This document shows, in pieces, positions 1 through 12,906 of a DNA stretch of 64,000 nt (its first letter is position 1; every line of letters starts with the position of its first letter). The stretch spans positions 1,590,866 through 1,654,865 of the forward strand of contig NW_019091361.1 in the NCBI RefSeq assembly GCF_001949145.1, read 5' to 3'. A program made the position numbers and the translations under genes. The stretch is from Acanthaster planci. Its lineage: Eukaryota. The notes below the pieces were generated by a model. The model had not been told where the DNA came from. It saw nothing but the letters and a program-made list of their open reading frames with translations, and searched no databases.

Positions 1-542
1 CCCAATCTCAATGCAGATGCACTGGAAGCAATACTGTTTTGTTGTTTCAACATGTTTAAGTCTTATCAGTCCACATCCACCAAAGTCTCGACAACTTTTA
101 CACTTCTCAATGCTCAAGCCAGAAACAAAACCAATGCTTCAGTTTCAAGGAGTTTCAACATCAGAGTCTTTAGGTCAGTTTAATAGTTTTAAAAGTTTCC
201 ACACATCTAAAGGATAGCCTAATGCTTAAAAAACGTTTTTTTTCATGGCCCCTCATTTCTCCAATTTAAATCCAGGTAATTTTTCTTCAAGTTGATGAAG
301 GATCAATCCTACACAACATAAAGTTGGTTGCCTAGCTTGTCAACATTAAAAACGTGAGAGAGAGTTTAAGAAGAACCACCAAGTTGCACATGATCCAGTT
401 TCAACATGGGAAAAGGCCTGTGCCAGCTTCCTTGAGGTCACAGAATTTGTAATGAAGAACAGGGAAACAAGTAAAAGTTGATCACAGCCTACTTCATAAA
501 CACTGTCTCTGGCACGCAGCATTATACTGCCCTCTATCAGCT

Positions 543-556
543 CTAGAGCTCTTCTC
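543..556 (-). CDS. Candidate terminal coding exon of the FZ-Ig-FZ gene (adds G-E-E-L-stop)
   Basis: The minus-strand acceptor ...ccttatttctAG|GA GAA GAG CTC TAG is in the phase required by the 1013 donor. It is short and cannot be verified; the gene could instead continue beyond the window. Confidence 0.3.
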
Positions 557-690
557 CTAGAAATAAGGTTTTTCAAAAAAACCTAGATATCAGTCTATCG
601 GCGACATTTACAAAGTCTTCACTCTCCCTTCAGCATCAGCGACATTTACGAAGTCTTTACTCTCATTTCAGCCTTCCCACGGATTCCCAG

Positions 691-910
691 AGTTGTAGTC
701 GAGACCATCCCAAGACCAGTCGCAAGACCATTCGCAAGACCAGTCACAAGACCAGTCACACGTGACAGTATGAAAAATGACAAAAGAATGCTTTTGTTGC
801 AGTTCATTTGACTAACTTGTGGCTTGAATTCAGACTGGATAGGTCTTGCGTTGGTCTTGTGTTGGTCTTGTGCTGGTCTCGCAAAGGTCTTAAGTGGTCT
901 TGACTACAAC
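691..910. mobile_element. Small fold-back / MITE-like element with internal ~12-bp tandem repeats
   Basis: gttgtagtcgagacc (691-705) is the near-perfect inverse of ggtcttgactacaac (896-910). Caagaccagtcr tandem units on the left are mirrored by tggtcttg units on the right. Confidence 0.6.
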
Positions 911-1012
911 ATTGTGGATTCCTGCTTCCATTCATGAATACTTGGTAAATTTTGTAGACTGAGTGCCAGTTTATTGCAAGTGATGTGTCAGAGCACCAGT
1001 CAAGACAAATAC

Positions 1013-4000
1013 CGTTGTAGCATTCACGGCCCTGCCCACTTTGGACGAGTCTTTCACATGGTGCTGGGAGTCCCCCCATCCCTATAAGAACCGAAAATTC
1101 TTCACAGTCAGAGAAGACTTTCAAGCAGAGCTCCTTGCAGGGTTGGATGTCATGGTGAACTCCGTCTGCATCACACTGAAGAAGCAAAACAAAAACAGAT
1201 TGTCTTGTGACGATTCACAGCCTTACAGCACACACTGATTTAAATATACCACAAAATATATCATGCTTGGTGCTAAGTGTACAAATTCAATTGTCAACAT
1301 CAGACACAGGATAAGAGAGTGTCCTCAGAAAAAAAAGCCCCCCATGCCCCAAAAGCCATGCTTTGTCCTATCGTACACATTGCATGTACATGTAACGCGC
1401 TGGGAAGAAAGCAATTGTTCGTACTTGGCAATGTTTGTTTTTTCTGTAAACTCAGTTTTTGGGATAACAATTAAACCCTACCGCTTTCCCTGGGTCCCTC
1501 TAACTTCACCATGAGAGTTTGAAGTTTACAGGATTGAAAAATAGTGGATATAGTTTAAAGTTAAAAACAGCAGACCACTGGCCATGGTATCTTCCAAAGT
1601 GGTAGATTTGGGAGAATTGAATGTTTTTGCCAAAAAAACAAAAAACCACTGTCTCATTTAATGGGACCTGAGGGGTGTTGAGTACTTTGGAACTGACTGA
1701 CCTTTGGGAGTAGGTAACTGCAGAGAAAACTTGGAAGGTGAGGAGAGCAGTTCCCAGGTTTCAAGACATCCTCAATGAAAATGTCTAATTGCGATTGCGA
1801 GACGAAGCCAGTGGAGTTTGACAAAGAGGCGTGCGTGTACGTGACTTGGTTGACGCAGTAAGGAACTGTGATTGCTTCACACGAGAAGTTTGCTACGACA
1901 GTGACAGAGAAAAATAGAAGACATATGCCAGCGAAAAATTATAACAAATGCCTTCAGTAAGTGAATGTTCAGTGAATTCAAATTTCACACACGCTGCTCT
2001 AGACCAGAGAACTACTGGTGTAACTTTAAGCAGGGAGAGAATGAAACTCCTAGATGATATCTTAAGTAAAACTTTGGGAGTTTTTAACATTTTCACTTCA
2101 CTCGTGTAAACTTTCACTCAATAAATACAGAGTTCTGGACATGTTCAGATATTTTTATGAGTGGAAGGGAGCACATACTTAAAAGAAAATTTAATCCCAA
2201 CTCTTTTACGTCCTCCAAATCACTCCAATTTTCACTTTCCATGACTGCCCCCATGCTTTACTGCCGATATACTACCATAGTGGAGGTCGGCAACACACTC
2301 CAAGGAATTTCAAGCTAATTTCCCAACATGCAATTGGCACCTTCCAATTCACTGCATTGGTTCCTTTGCCGGCCAGGTATGGCATCCTCCAAACCCACCG
2401 AAGTCCAACAAATATGAAAGGTGCTGAAATATCTGGCTGACTGGCCCAAAATTACACATAGAAAGCAAGAGGTAAATAACTGTGAACCTTACGAGGATGA
2501 AACTAGACCAACTTTTGATCATGCCATAATTATCATCTGCACCTCATCACCAATGCCCTTACCTGGGACAGGTTCAAAAATGTTGTCCAAGGAAATCCTT
2601 CGGCTAAATTCTCTGTCCTCAGAAATACAGGTGTAGTTTCCACGATGCTGTGAGTCAACAAAACCTCGAATGAAAAGATTTGCGACCCTTTTGTTGATGC
2701 TCTCAAAATAGACTGATTGCTTCGGATCCTCTGCCAAACAAACAAAACAAAAATCACATTATATTCTGTTATTAACGAGTCAGGTTGGTGTAGTTACCAA
2801 CCTGAGGCCCAAATTATGGCGTTCATTACCATTTGCACCCTGTTACTATAATAAGAAAAACCAAAGTATATTTTTTCAAACTAACTAATATTCAGACATC
2901 CATTCCTTAATCCTATTAGCTCTAGTTTTGGTAAATTTTAACAATATTTAAGCAAGAAAACCAGATTTTTTTTACTCGAGCTCGGCGAAAGACAACTGCA
3001 TTGAGCCAGTTTTGGCTCACATCTGGTTACCCACTCATTGCGGATATAATGAATTTCAAAAAAGAAACTTTTATGGTTCCAAGTCAAGGAACCAGGCTAC
3101 AAGCGTGGATTCATCTTCGTTCACAGCTCTTTGTCACGTCATTTTACACTGCCGTTTTACCCCATAATTTCCCTTAAAAAGCCAAAGCCCCTCCCTCTTT
3201 TCTTTCTGATATGAAAGAGGACATCACCGCTAACTAATTTAGGTAAGTTGTTTCGAAAATGTAGACTTTGTGTCCTAATAGGAACAGGGTGCTAATGGTA
3301 ATGAAAACCCTTATTATAGTGGTTCTTTCCTGACTATAACTTACTGCATGAAATATAGGTGCAGGCATTATGTAGTGATATGCAGGCACTTGGCATATAC
3401 ACAAGTGCAATACAATGAGTAAGTCCTTATGCCATCATGTACACATGTAGTTGGCAGCACTCGCTGGAACTTGCATATTCATGAACTTTAATGCACAAGA
3501 GAGGGCAACCTGTTAGACTATATGTTCAGTGAGCCTGGAATTTGCATAATATTGTGACATCACCACAAAACGTATATCCCATGCAGTGAATTTCAAAGTG
3601 GAAAGGAGTCAATGAGAACCACTTCCAAGCTCACTGAAACAGCATTCTGACTAACACATGGGCCACGGCAGTAAAAACACGACTCACATGATATTTTGAA
3701 GCCACTGTAGTTTTTAAAGGAGTGAAAAATCTAACATTTCGAGTTTGCAAATTTGCAAAATTGACAGACAGTAGTGTTGGAGGACGGTGTGCCTGTCCTT
3801 ACATGTTTGTAATTTTAAATAGGAGACTAGTAACGACAGTTACCAGTCTAATTCTATCCATGCTATGAAAATGCATGAACAAAAAGAATAACCCCATAAG
3901 AGTGTGCCTGACCTGATACCGGTGTGCCGTCTGGCATCAGCCACTGGGGTAGCGCTGAAGGTGAGAGGTCATAGGAACACTGCACGCTGACCATGGTTGG

Positions 4001-7000
4001 TTGGTGAGACATGACGTCGAGCGGACCAATGTTAAGGGCTAAGGGTCAAGGTAAGATGCAAAGGGAATCAAGAACATGAAACATTTCGACAAAGCATTTA
4101 GAGAGAAAACGACAAAATTGATAAGCAGACACAATTTACAAGAACAAAATTGTTAAACAACAAAGCTAAGACCAGTTTAGATTCAATTACCACTTTCCTG
4201 TTAGAAAGTTTGACTATCAACATTGAGGCAAAGTCTTTCTAAAGAGAGTCGATAGTGAAAGAAGAATTCTAAAAGCAATGCCATATGTACAGTATGGGAA
4301 ATGAAAAACAATGTAGTAAAGCATGGTAAGTCAAAGCTGGGGCATCAATATCTATTTGACATTTTCAGTGCTGGGGCCACAATGTCATTTTTTTTCATTA
4401 CATGGCAATCTTATTTCCTGTTTTTTTATTTATCTGGAAGGTGTGTCAGTGATCACAAATCTGATATTGGCCCGGCATAGTTCATAATTGACGGCCTCAT
4501 GAAGAAACTGTTACACTTCCTCACATCCTTTTTGAACAGATTAATTCAAAACTGAGCACTACAGGGACTGTTTCCAACATTTTTGCCCAGAATTTCAGAC
4601 ATACGGGAAAAGTTTACGCAGGGAGTGCTAAAAGACAAATCCAATGACAGTTAACTAGACATTCCTGATGGCCCCAATTAATGACAGATAGTGGAGTGAC
4701 TGTCCTGACATAGTGCCTTTGCACAATATCACAATGCTTGTAGCCACTGAATTAGTGACAATGCTACGTAAACTTTTAGACAAGACTGGAATTAGGTTCT
4801 CTGGTCCATGCAGGAGCAAGAGATGGTCAATGTGCTTTTGCATAGCATTACATAGCATTCTCTGTGCCCAGACAAAATGATTCACTTCCACCTGTCTCTT
4901 CTTTGTCTGTGAATGGCTTGCGTCAAGTAGGGGCAGATTTCGGGAACACCCCTGTCCATTACCTGACAAGCAGCTTGGGTTCTCTTCCCATGATGGAAAT
5001 TTCCCACAATCCAGCATCCCAGGCCAGGTCAGCCCAAGATGCCTCATGGCCCGACGACACCTCCCCCATGCCCTCTCACACAGGTCACGGCAGGGCGGGA
5101 TGGGTTCAGTGGACGCCGGACTGCAGGCTGGCAGGTAGGCAGCACACAGGAAGGGGCGCAGGAACTCCCTACAACTCCTGGCCCTGTCCAGCAAGGGGCG
5201 GTACCTGCGGATCTCAGCCGCGGCCTCCTTCTGGGTGTGATAGGCAATGCTAGAGCCATCATTGCTGGCCAGAGTGGGTACAGTGATTGGTGTGGCTGTA
5301 TGGCGGTGAATGACACGGGAGCCTGTGCAGATGGGTTGGGTGATGGGCTCGCAAAAAGAGTCTGTGCATTGAAACAAAGAGTACATTGCTTTACTGTGAA
5401 TGAATTGAAGAAATTGAAAGAAATTGAAGAATTTATCTAAAAATGTATAAAAATAATTTGAGTTTGATCAGAGAGAACACCTATCAGCACATTTTATTTT
5501 CATAAATTTGAATATTGTTGATTTACTCTAACATGGCATGGCCCCTAACATAGCCCCATAATGTGTCTCATACTGAACTACCTCCGTATATAGTGAGCCA
5601 CACGGTAACATTCCCTTTAGGCCTATGTGTGGAGAGTCCCTCTTGCTAAGGGCTTCTGAAAATGAGATTGGGAATTTTTTCCAAGCTTGAAAGTCAATTT
5701 TATTTTCTGCACCTTTGGCCCTTTAGCTGACTTGAAATCTTGAAGTAAATTGGCACACTTTGAATTTTGTTTTCTAGTACCTTAAGAACAATATTTTTAC
5801 CTTACCTTTCACAGTAAGTGAAATTTTATGAAGTTCTTATGTTACTGTTACGTTCAACATACCCACTAGAAAGTTCCAATGAAATTCTACTTTCATTTTC
5901 TGATTTAATTTGAAGTGCAAAATGAACTTTTTAAAATGCGCCCCCAAATAAATAACTACCAAAACTAATAAATAACATCTGTAGTTTGGAGGTAACAATG
6001 ATTTACCACAAATTAACCACTTTGAAGCTCTTCTTGAGTGTTATTGCCTGTGGGATATTCTCAGCTGAGATGTGTCAAGTGCGCCACCGTAATCTCCACA
6101 AGGAGTCTGCATGACGTTGAAGAAAGAGCAAGATAGAGTCCTTGCTCTGACCATGGTTAGGCAGGGTTTGGATTTTTTCACGTCTCGTGGTTGATTGCAA
6201 TCTTTAAATTAAAAATATCATAATCACCACAAAACTCAGTTTCAGTTTGGACGAAATGCATGTACATACCAAATTAGGCGCCTAGTTTTTATCAAACGCT
6301 TGACATCATGCATGTCATACATTCGCCGTCTCTCCGAACTACGGTGCGTTCGCTGTTTACATTTTTGTCAAAGGTCCGATCTTCGTGCCGCGAGAGGTCG
6401 CCTTTCACGATCAACTGGGACTAATTCTGACTTGAATCGCCCCCCGGCCCCCCTCCCAGAATGGCAAAACTTGGCAGTGATGGGGAAATACGGTCGGAAC
6501 ATATTTCAAGCCGTAAAAAGGCAAAATGTCGTGAGTAGTGCAAGTAACAGGCGATATAGGCCTACATGAAACAGACTAGTAGAGACGCCCTTGGATTATG
6601 CGTGGGATCACAGTGACATCCGGTGGTCTTGTCTGTAAACAGTTTATTCTCCGTCTGTCGATCTCTGCCTTCACTGCCATGGAAAGTCAATGACAGGAGG
6701 GCAAAGCTATGACATCAACTCGACCCCCGGTAACTTGAAACATTACCTGATTTATTTATTATTTTTTATTTTTATTTATGCCAGCTGAAAAAGGTGAAAC
6801 CGATAAATCACACTCAAAGCTTGTCAGAACCCCAGGGCCGCCAGCAATAATGCACAACACTCTCGTAAATTATCGCGTTGTCTCTTGTTGAGACTCTTTT
6901 TGGCTCAAGTTTTAGACAAGGATCCTACAGAACTCCCGGCACTTGGAATTCATATGAAATGCTGTAACGCTATTTGTACGAGTACAAAGATGTAACTACA

Positions 7001-7341
7001 TGTAGTTACACTGGCTTTACCGTGAGCTCAAAGTTTTAAAACACATTTGTAATCAGTGCATGGCCAATGCTCTCCCGTGGCAAAGAACCTTGGTTCACAA
7101 AAAGTAAGAAGTTGGAGAACTTCGGGGTTAAACTCGAAAGACGCGCTGTGTTTGAAGCTCAGTGTTGAAAGAAGCTTAATTTTATTCTTGGTTTCGGCAA
7201 TTGAGTTCTCGACTCAATTAGGCCTAGCTGAGCTCCTGAGGACTTACCTTTCTCAGACATCCCGCAGACTACACCCTTGTAAGTAAGAAAGCTCATCACC
7301 ATGAGCAGCAACAGATGACGTTGAGTTCCGCCTAAGATCAT
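1013..7341 (-). CDS. Spliced gene: signal peptide - Frizzled CRD - Ig-like - Frizzled CRD protein (3' end uncertain)
   Basis: Phase-consistent GT-AG exons on the minus strand: 7341-7248 (MILGGTQRHLLLLMVMSFLTYKGVVCG, signal-peptide-like); 5361-4963 (CEPITQPIC...FLCAAYLPAC...PPCRDLCERAWGRC...WPGMLDCGKFP, FZ CRD); 4038-3913 (VSVQCSY...PQWLMPDG) plus 2730-2563 (LFIRGF...GNYTC), together one Ig domain; 1892-1702 (CEAITVPYC...CSPHLPSFLCSYLLPK) plus 1175-1013 (C...IQPCKELCLKVFSDC...C...C), together a second FZ CRD. The last donor is phase 1, so at least one more exon follows. An acceptor AG just upstream of the ATG implies an upstream 5'UTR exon. Confidence 0.85.
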
Positions 7342-10300
7342 CCTGGGAATTTAGTCGGTGGATTTGCTTAAGCAATACAAAATTTCCCTCAAAGACAAAG
7401 TGTATGGTCAACCTTACGGAATGTATGGTCCATCATGCTGGGTGCCGTTTGAAAAATGGAATGTAAGCACATTGCTGACTCCAGCTATATAGGCCTGACG
7501 AGGCCGACCCGGTGGTATCGCGTTGTACTGGGTCGTACCTGGTGGTGCTCGTCACGTGGAAAAACAATAATTTAATTATGACCATGAGCACGTGATGTTA
7601 CACGCATTTCACTCCTTCGTGGGACTACACTTGCTAGGCTAACTGCCATTGGAAGGCACATCCGATGCCTAGGAAGATACTTCTACTACGGTGGCCAGAA
7701 AATGAAATCTCTTTGTGGGGAATGTGATTTGTGAGCGCGTAGCGCGAAACCTGTACGGTGAAGGGTCGGCAAAGTTTTGTAAGGTTTTGTGCTCTGTAGT
7801 GCATGATACGTAAGTCTCACTGGAAGATTTTTTTGAGCAAGCGATATTTTGAAATTTCAGTATTTCAAATCAATGTTTGACAGGTAAAATCTAATTTAAT
7901 TATTGTAAGATCTCATGTAATAATTAGATTTTCAAACAATGACATATCTTAAACTGCATTATGAAAGTGATATTTACTCTTAACAGGAAAAGAGTCTCAC
8001 AAAAGCATATTGAACATAACAAAATCAAGAACCCAAATTTTGCCAAGAGGAATGATGGTCACCTACTTGTGCACAAGATAAATTTGATCATTAGTGAAAA
8101 AGAGGTGGCTGCTCTGTAGGGGTTACTTTGCTTCAATGCATGGCGCCCTCCATAAAATGGGTTGTTTGGTAAGCTTTATATTGCGGGTACCACTCAAGGG
8201 ACCGGCTGTTTTCCAATAACTTTGACCAGGTCCGAAATGGCCAAAGTTCCCAACGAGATACGGCAACGTCATCAGGTCTGGTGACCACTTGCAGCTGAAG
8301 ACACATGTTGCTACCGCTCATGCGCCCTTGCCAACTGCAATCAGGAGCGTACAAGAAAAAGCATGATGGATTAGATGCTGAGGATGTCATTTCTAGGTTT
8401 AGAGCTTGTCACTATACAGTCTACAGAATTGCCCCTTGCACAGCAAGTATATATCTGCAGAATGTGAGAGTAAATCCAGTCAGAAAAATCATCTCTAAGG
8501 TTATGGTTAATCAGTAGATTCATATTCTTGTGCTGTCGGCAAACTCGCAATATCGAATGTCCTTGACTCCACCATCACAGACGAGCAAGTCCCAGTGGGA
8601 AGCCGAAAGATTGTATCGCGTCTATCAAAAATAAGAGAGAATACTCCTCTCTTTGCATTAACCGTCCACACAAACACCCAGCAGCCCCTCCCCATTTGCT
8701 CTTTTTTGGGCTTTATTTTTTTTTATATATTTGCTGGAGAATTACTTCCTCTTTTTCCTTTTTTTTTCCCTCTGTTTTTAAAATTGTTACTTGATAACTT
8801 GAAAGACACACTTTTTATTTTCATGTCCGCCGGTTTTCCGGGTTCACTGTCGTTCACCATCCCTACCTTTCTGACACGCCGAATCCGCTTTGTACCACTG
8901 TCAGTAAACTGAAACTGAGAAAGTCCAGGGCTTCAGAACTTTAAGAAGAAAAACAAATCTGCAGGTCGCAATTGTCCGCTAAAACCCGTACTCACGATTG
9001 TAGAGGCCGTCCGATGAGTTCTCAAGTCGACTCCCATTGGTTTTTGCCGCAGGATCACTAGAAATGTTGTGATATACTCTGGTGCTATTGGCTTACTTTT
9101 GAGGGTTCTTTATTTCGTCTATAGTTTCTCTCTAACGGTTCAGACTGGCCAGTGAAAGACTTCAGGGCAGTCATTGTGACGATACAACACACAAACAAAA
9201 TCAGAGGGCGATAGTGCGGTCATCAATAATATTTCTATGGGGACTGGTCCCCACACCAATTTACTAATGACCCCCTGCGGTGCATAAAACATTTTTGCTT
9301 TTTCCACCCATAAAGTTTCCACGGACCATTTTTTATTTGAAAAAGAAACCACGAGCCAATTCAATACATGATCCGTGAATTTCTTACCTCCCGTGTTCTG
9401 CTCTTTTGTGGAAATTTAACTGCTATTTCCCCTTTTTCTTTGTTAACATCCCACTTTCGCACGACAAAGCAGGAGCCACACGCAGACTTCAACGCCGCTA
9501 GCACGGGGGTCAGCATTCTTGATAGTTTGATTTAATTAATTTGTTCTGTACTAGGCACATCTTGTGACAAATCAATAGAGCAAATTTGACGGATTGCAGC
9601 GTGGAACAATAGTTGCCCCGCGACTGTTTGGGTTTGCAGCCTCCGTGCAACGTTGCCGCAGCCTGTTTTGTTACACAAGCATGACTAAAATAGCCCGTCT
9701 GCCAAGGAGCAGTTACACAAGAAGGTCTTGGAAGTCATCATCCTTCGCAAGTAGATAGAATTTTCCATCCTGTTTGGCATTATTATCAATCAACTTCAAT
9801 TTGTACAGTGAAGTTTACAATTGGACAAAAATTTGCCCCAACTGGTGACCATTATGACTTGAAAAGGATGCAGGTTTTAAAAGAGTTGAGGATGTGGAGG
9901 AGACAGTTCACCGTGTTCCTAGAGAGAAAAAGATTACACTTTCCTCCGGAGCATTTTGCCGACCGCTTTGGTACGCCAGCGCAAAAACTGCTCAAGGGTT
10001 GAATCATGAATTTAATGGGGGGGGTCAGGCTCATCAGCTTTTTTTAAACGTCCCGTTGTTGCGAACAAGAGGACACGTAGATAATGCGTTGCAATTTCAC
10101 TGATACATTGTAATAACGATTACGGGGTGTCATCTTTTTATTGCATGTGTTACTTTGATTGTTATTCTTTTCTTATTTATTTTTTTTGGGGGGGGGTGTC
10201 AGAGCGGGCGGGGGGGTGACCCCCACCTACTGGACCAGCGACTATTGCTAGTTTTTAGTGCATGTTCAAGTTATCTGTTCCTCTAGTGATTACACCTCCC

Positions 10301-12609
10301 CAGCCCGATGTCTTACTGCGCTTGACGAATAACAGAAAATCTGTGTTTAGAAACAATTTGTTGGGCTCATATAAAAATCACAGCGCAGCTTTCCCTCCTC
10401 AAAGATGTCGATAATTAATTTCAACAGATCTTTCCCACGCTTATGAAACGTGTCCACAACGTCATAAGTATGGCTGATTTCAACTATACCTTTCAGTTGG
10501 CGTTCAATGTCTGACACACTTGATGAGTTTGGAAGGTTAACTGAATATTTGTCGATTTTATTTCTGACGTGGCCAATCGGACTGTTAGCATTATTTGTTC
10601 TTTTGTTTTATTTTTATTGTAGGTTTTTCGTTTTGTCTTTTATTTGGGGGGGGGTCTTTTTTCGTAGAGTTCGATTTGTTTGAAATATTATATTCTTTAG
10701 TGGTTGGTTCTGTGTTTGCTTTGACTGAATCTTGAGATTGGTCGAGGGTTGTTTTGGTGTGGATATGGGGGAGGTTCTATCGTACGTCTGTGGTTGTTTA
10801 CTTTTTTTTATTTTTGAAAGACTAAATTTTTTGTTGTTTATGAAATTTTCATGGGCGTCTTTGTTGAGGGTTTTTATTTTATAATGCACTTTTCTGTTTT
10901 CAATATATTGACATTTATATATTAGGACTTTTTACCTCTCTGTTCTCTGGGTTTCATCGTATGAATTTATTTTAATTGCTTTGATGAACAGGAAAAAGCT
11001 GTAAAAATAACAGGATTTTCGGGTGACAAATATGATTTCACGAATGATCGTGACAAAAAAATCGCCAGGTATTGAATTTATAACGAACCCTTATAAAAGA
11101 CCCCATATGAAACAATTTCTCAAGGATGGTGATATTTTGTACAAGACACTCTGTTCCTAGAAGTTTAAATTGCAACGGAGTGCTCTTTACGGGCAATGTA
11201 CCCTCAGTACCGTGTCCAGTACAGTTGCGTATAATGTGATTCTGGTTGAAAATTGATACATAAGCCGTGTCTGTTCGACGATGGGATTGAAATTTGAGAG
11301 AAATTAAATGGCGTTTACATCATTTGAGTCGTTCACATCCCATTAGCTTCCAAAAACGTTCATTCGTGCTTAGTGCACGTTTGAGGCTGTTAATTGGTTA
11401 CGCTGAGCAGGCTAAGCGTGTCATGTTTTGATATAAGCTGATATAAAACCGTTTCTTTCAGATACGAGTTTTTTTTCTTAGAAAAGCTAAACGGTCATCA
11501 CGGTGCATTGAACTTGAATGTTTCGCCTGTTTTTTTAAAGACAAACCGATGTGACATATAAATACGTTAACACAGTCTGGAAGGCGAGTGTACTGAATTC
11601 GAGTTACACCACGCTATGGTTGTAGTTACACTGCATAAAAATGGAAGGGTGTTATTTCTCACTTTTAAATAAAGGCAGCATTGAGCAATTGCTCTGATCA
11701 CATTGCTGGCTTAGTTTTCGTTAAGATCTACTTTCCACAGTCACTATTGAAAATGCGGTTAAGTAGCAAAGCTACCAGTAGAGCTTAATTTAATCCGAAA
11801 ATACTGCAGTACTGAAATCTCCTGAAACAGATAAGCCAAAATGGAGGTCACTTTTACGCCTTAGCTAGTGGCGATTTTTGCAAGCTAGGGAAAAGGATTG
11901 TCAATTTTGCCGTCCCAGGGCGTCCCGAGCGACCTTTTCCCCCCTTTGATAGTACAACGAAGAGCAGCCAGGTTTATATGAGGCGACTTTCGAGCTAAAT
12001 CCTCTGTGACTATGATGCTCATTGATCTCAATTGGAATTCTATTGAGTCCAGACGGCAGACACCACGATTAACTACCCCTTTAATAAGATCCTAATTGGG
12101 AACATTGATATTAATGCTAATTTGCATCTCAAACAGAAAAATTATCAGATTCATGAGATCCCGCGATTATTAAGCAGTTAGAAGTCTGCCGTCATACATC
12201 TATCCCCTTTATTAAATTTTTTTGCCATTTTGCTTTGGAATGCCACAGCAAACCATCAGCGTGTCTCTCGATACAGCTTTTTAAAGCTCCATTCAAGACA
12301 AACAGAAAGTCCAAAACCCCCATTAAACTCCAATCTACTCTCATCAACACCCAGTTGAGTTCCAGACCGTTTGGGAGCTTGAACTACAAGGTACAAGCCA
12401 AAGTTGACGTGGAGCCTGTGTATCCTTATATCCTTATCAAACTTTTGTTCTCTTTTAGCAGACAATCATCACTAATCACTTTCACTCCAGTCCCATATAA
12501 ACCCATCTTGACAAAAGCATAGAGGTACGTGTATACTGATGACGGGCATTCATGACTGGCAAATCCAAAACCAAAGTTGGTACTTTGCTACCATGGATAT
12601 GATACACAT

Positions 12610-12906
12610 ACACAGTCCAATCACAATACACTAATTTGGGTATGAACGAGAGAGGACGTCTTTCGTAAGGCCATTATTTGCCAGTGTTTACTCGACTGTG
12701 GCCGCGGCGAGTCAGCTTAGCAGTGAGCGGCGCAGGCAGGCAGGCAGCGCGTGACACCTTCACGGACATTTTGGCTTTTGGTCAACGGCTGTTCCTCCAC
12801 GCGGAGGCTGAACTCCACCTGCCTTGTCCGTTCATCTCCTGCATCGGATGACACAGGGATATTAATTGTGAGAAAAATGTGCCGCTAATGCAACACCTAG
12901 TGATTT
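12610..12906 (+). promoter_or_regulatory. Candidate promoter and non-coding first exon of the giant REJ/GPS gene
   Basis: There is a CCAAT at ~12617, a CpG/GC-richer patch at 12690-12850, and a strong donor TTT|GTGAGT at 12907. The giant exon begins at an acceptor (tttcttttcacAG, 19435/19436) upstream of its ATG, so an upstream exon is expected. The assignment of this particular exon is inference. Confidence 0.35.

Noticed and set aside
6007..6154. Possible extra exon of the FZ gene (ATG at 6154, donor near 6006)
   Set aside because: All three minus-strand frames contain stops, and exons 7341-7248 and 5361-4963 already join in phase.
7493..7530. CTGACGA-GGCC hammerhead-like start
   Set aside because: No GAAA core follows the putative stem II.
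8500..10100. Short ORFs that might be decayed transposon or pseudogene fragments
   Set aside because: No recognisable protein motif in the frames I checked, frequent stops, and no consistent splice pattern.
10614..10889. 91-aa Lys/Gln-rich ORF
   Set aside because: It arises from a T/G-rich low-complexity tract and has no coding hallmarks.
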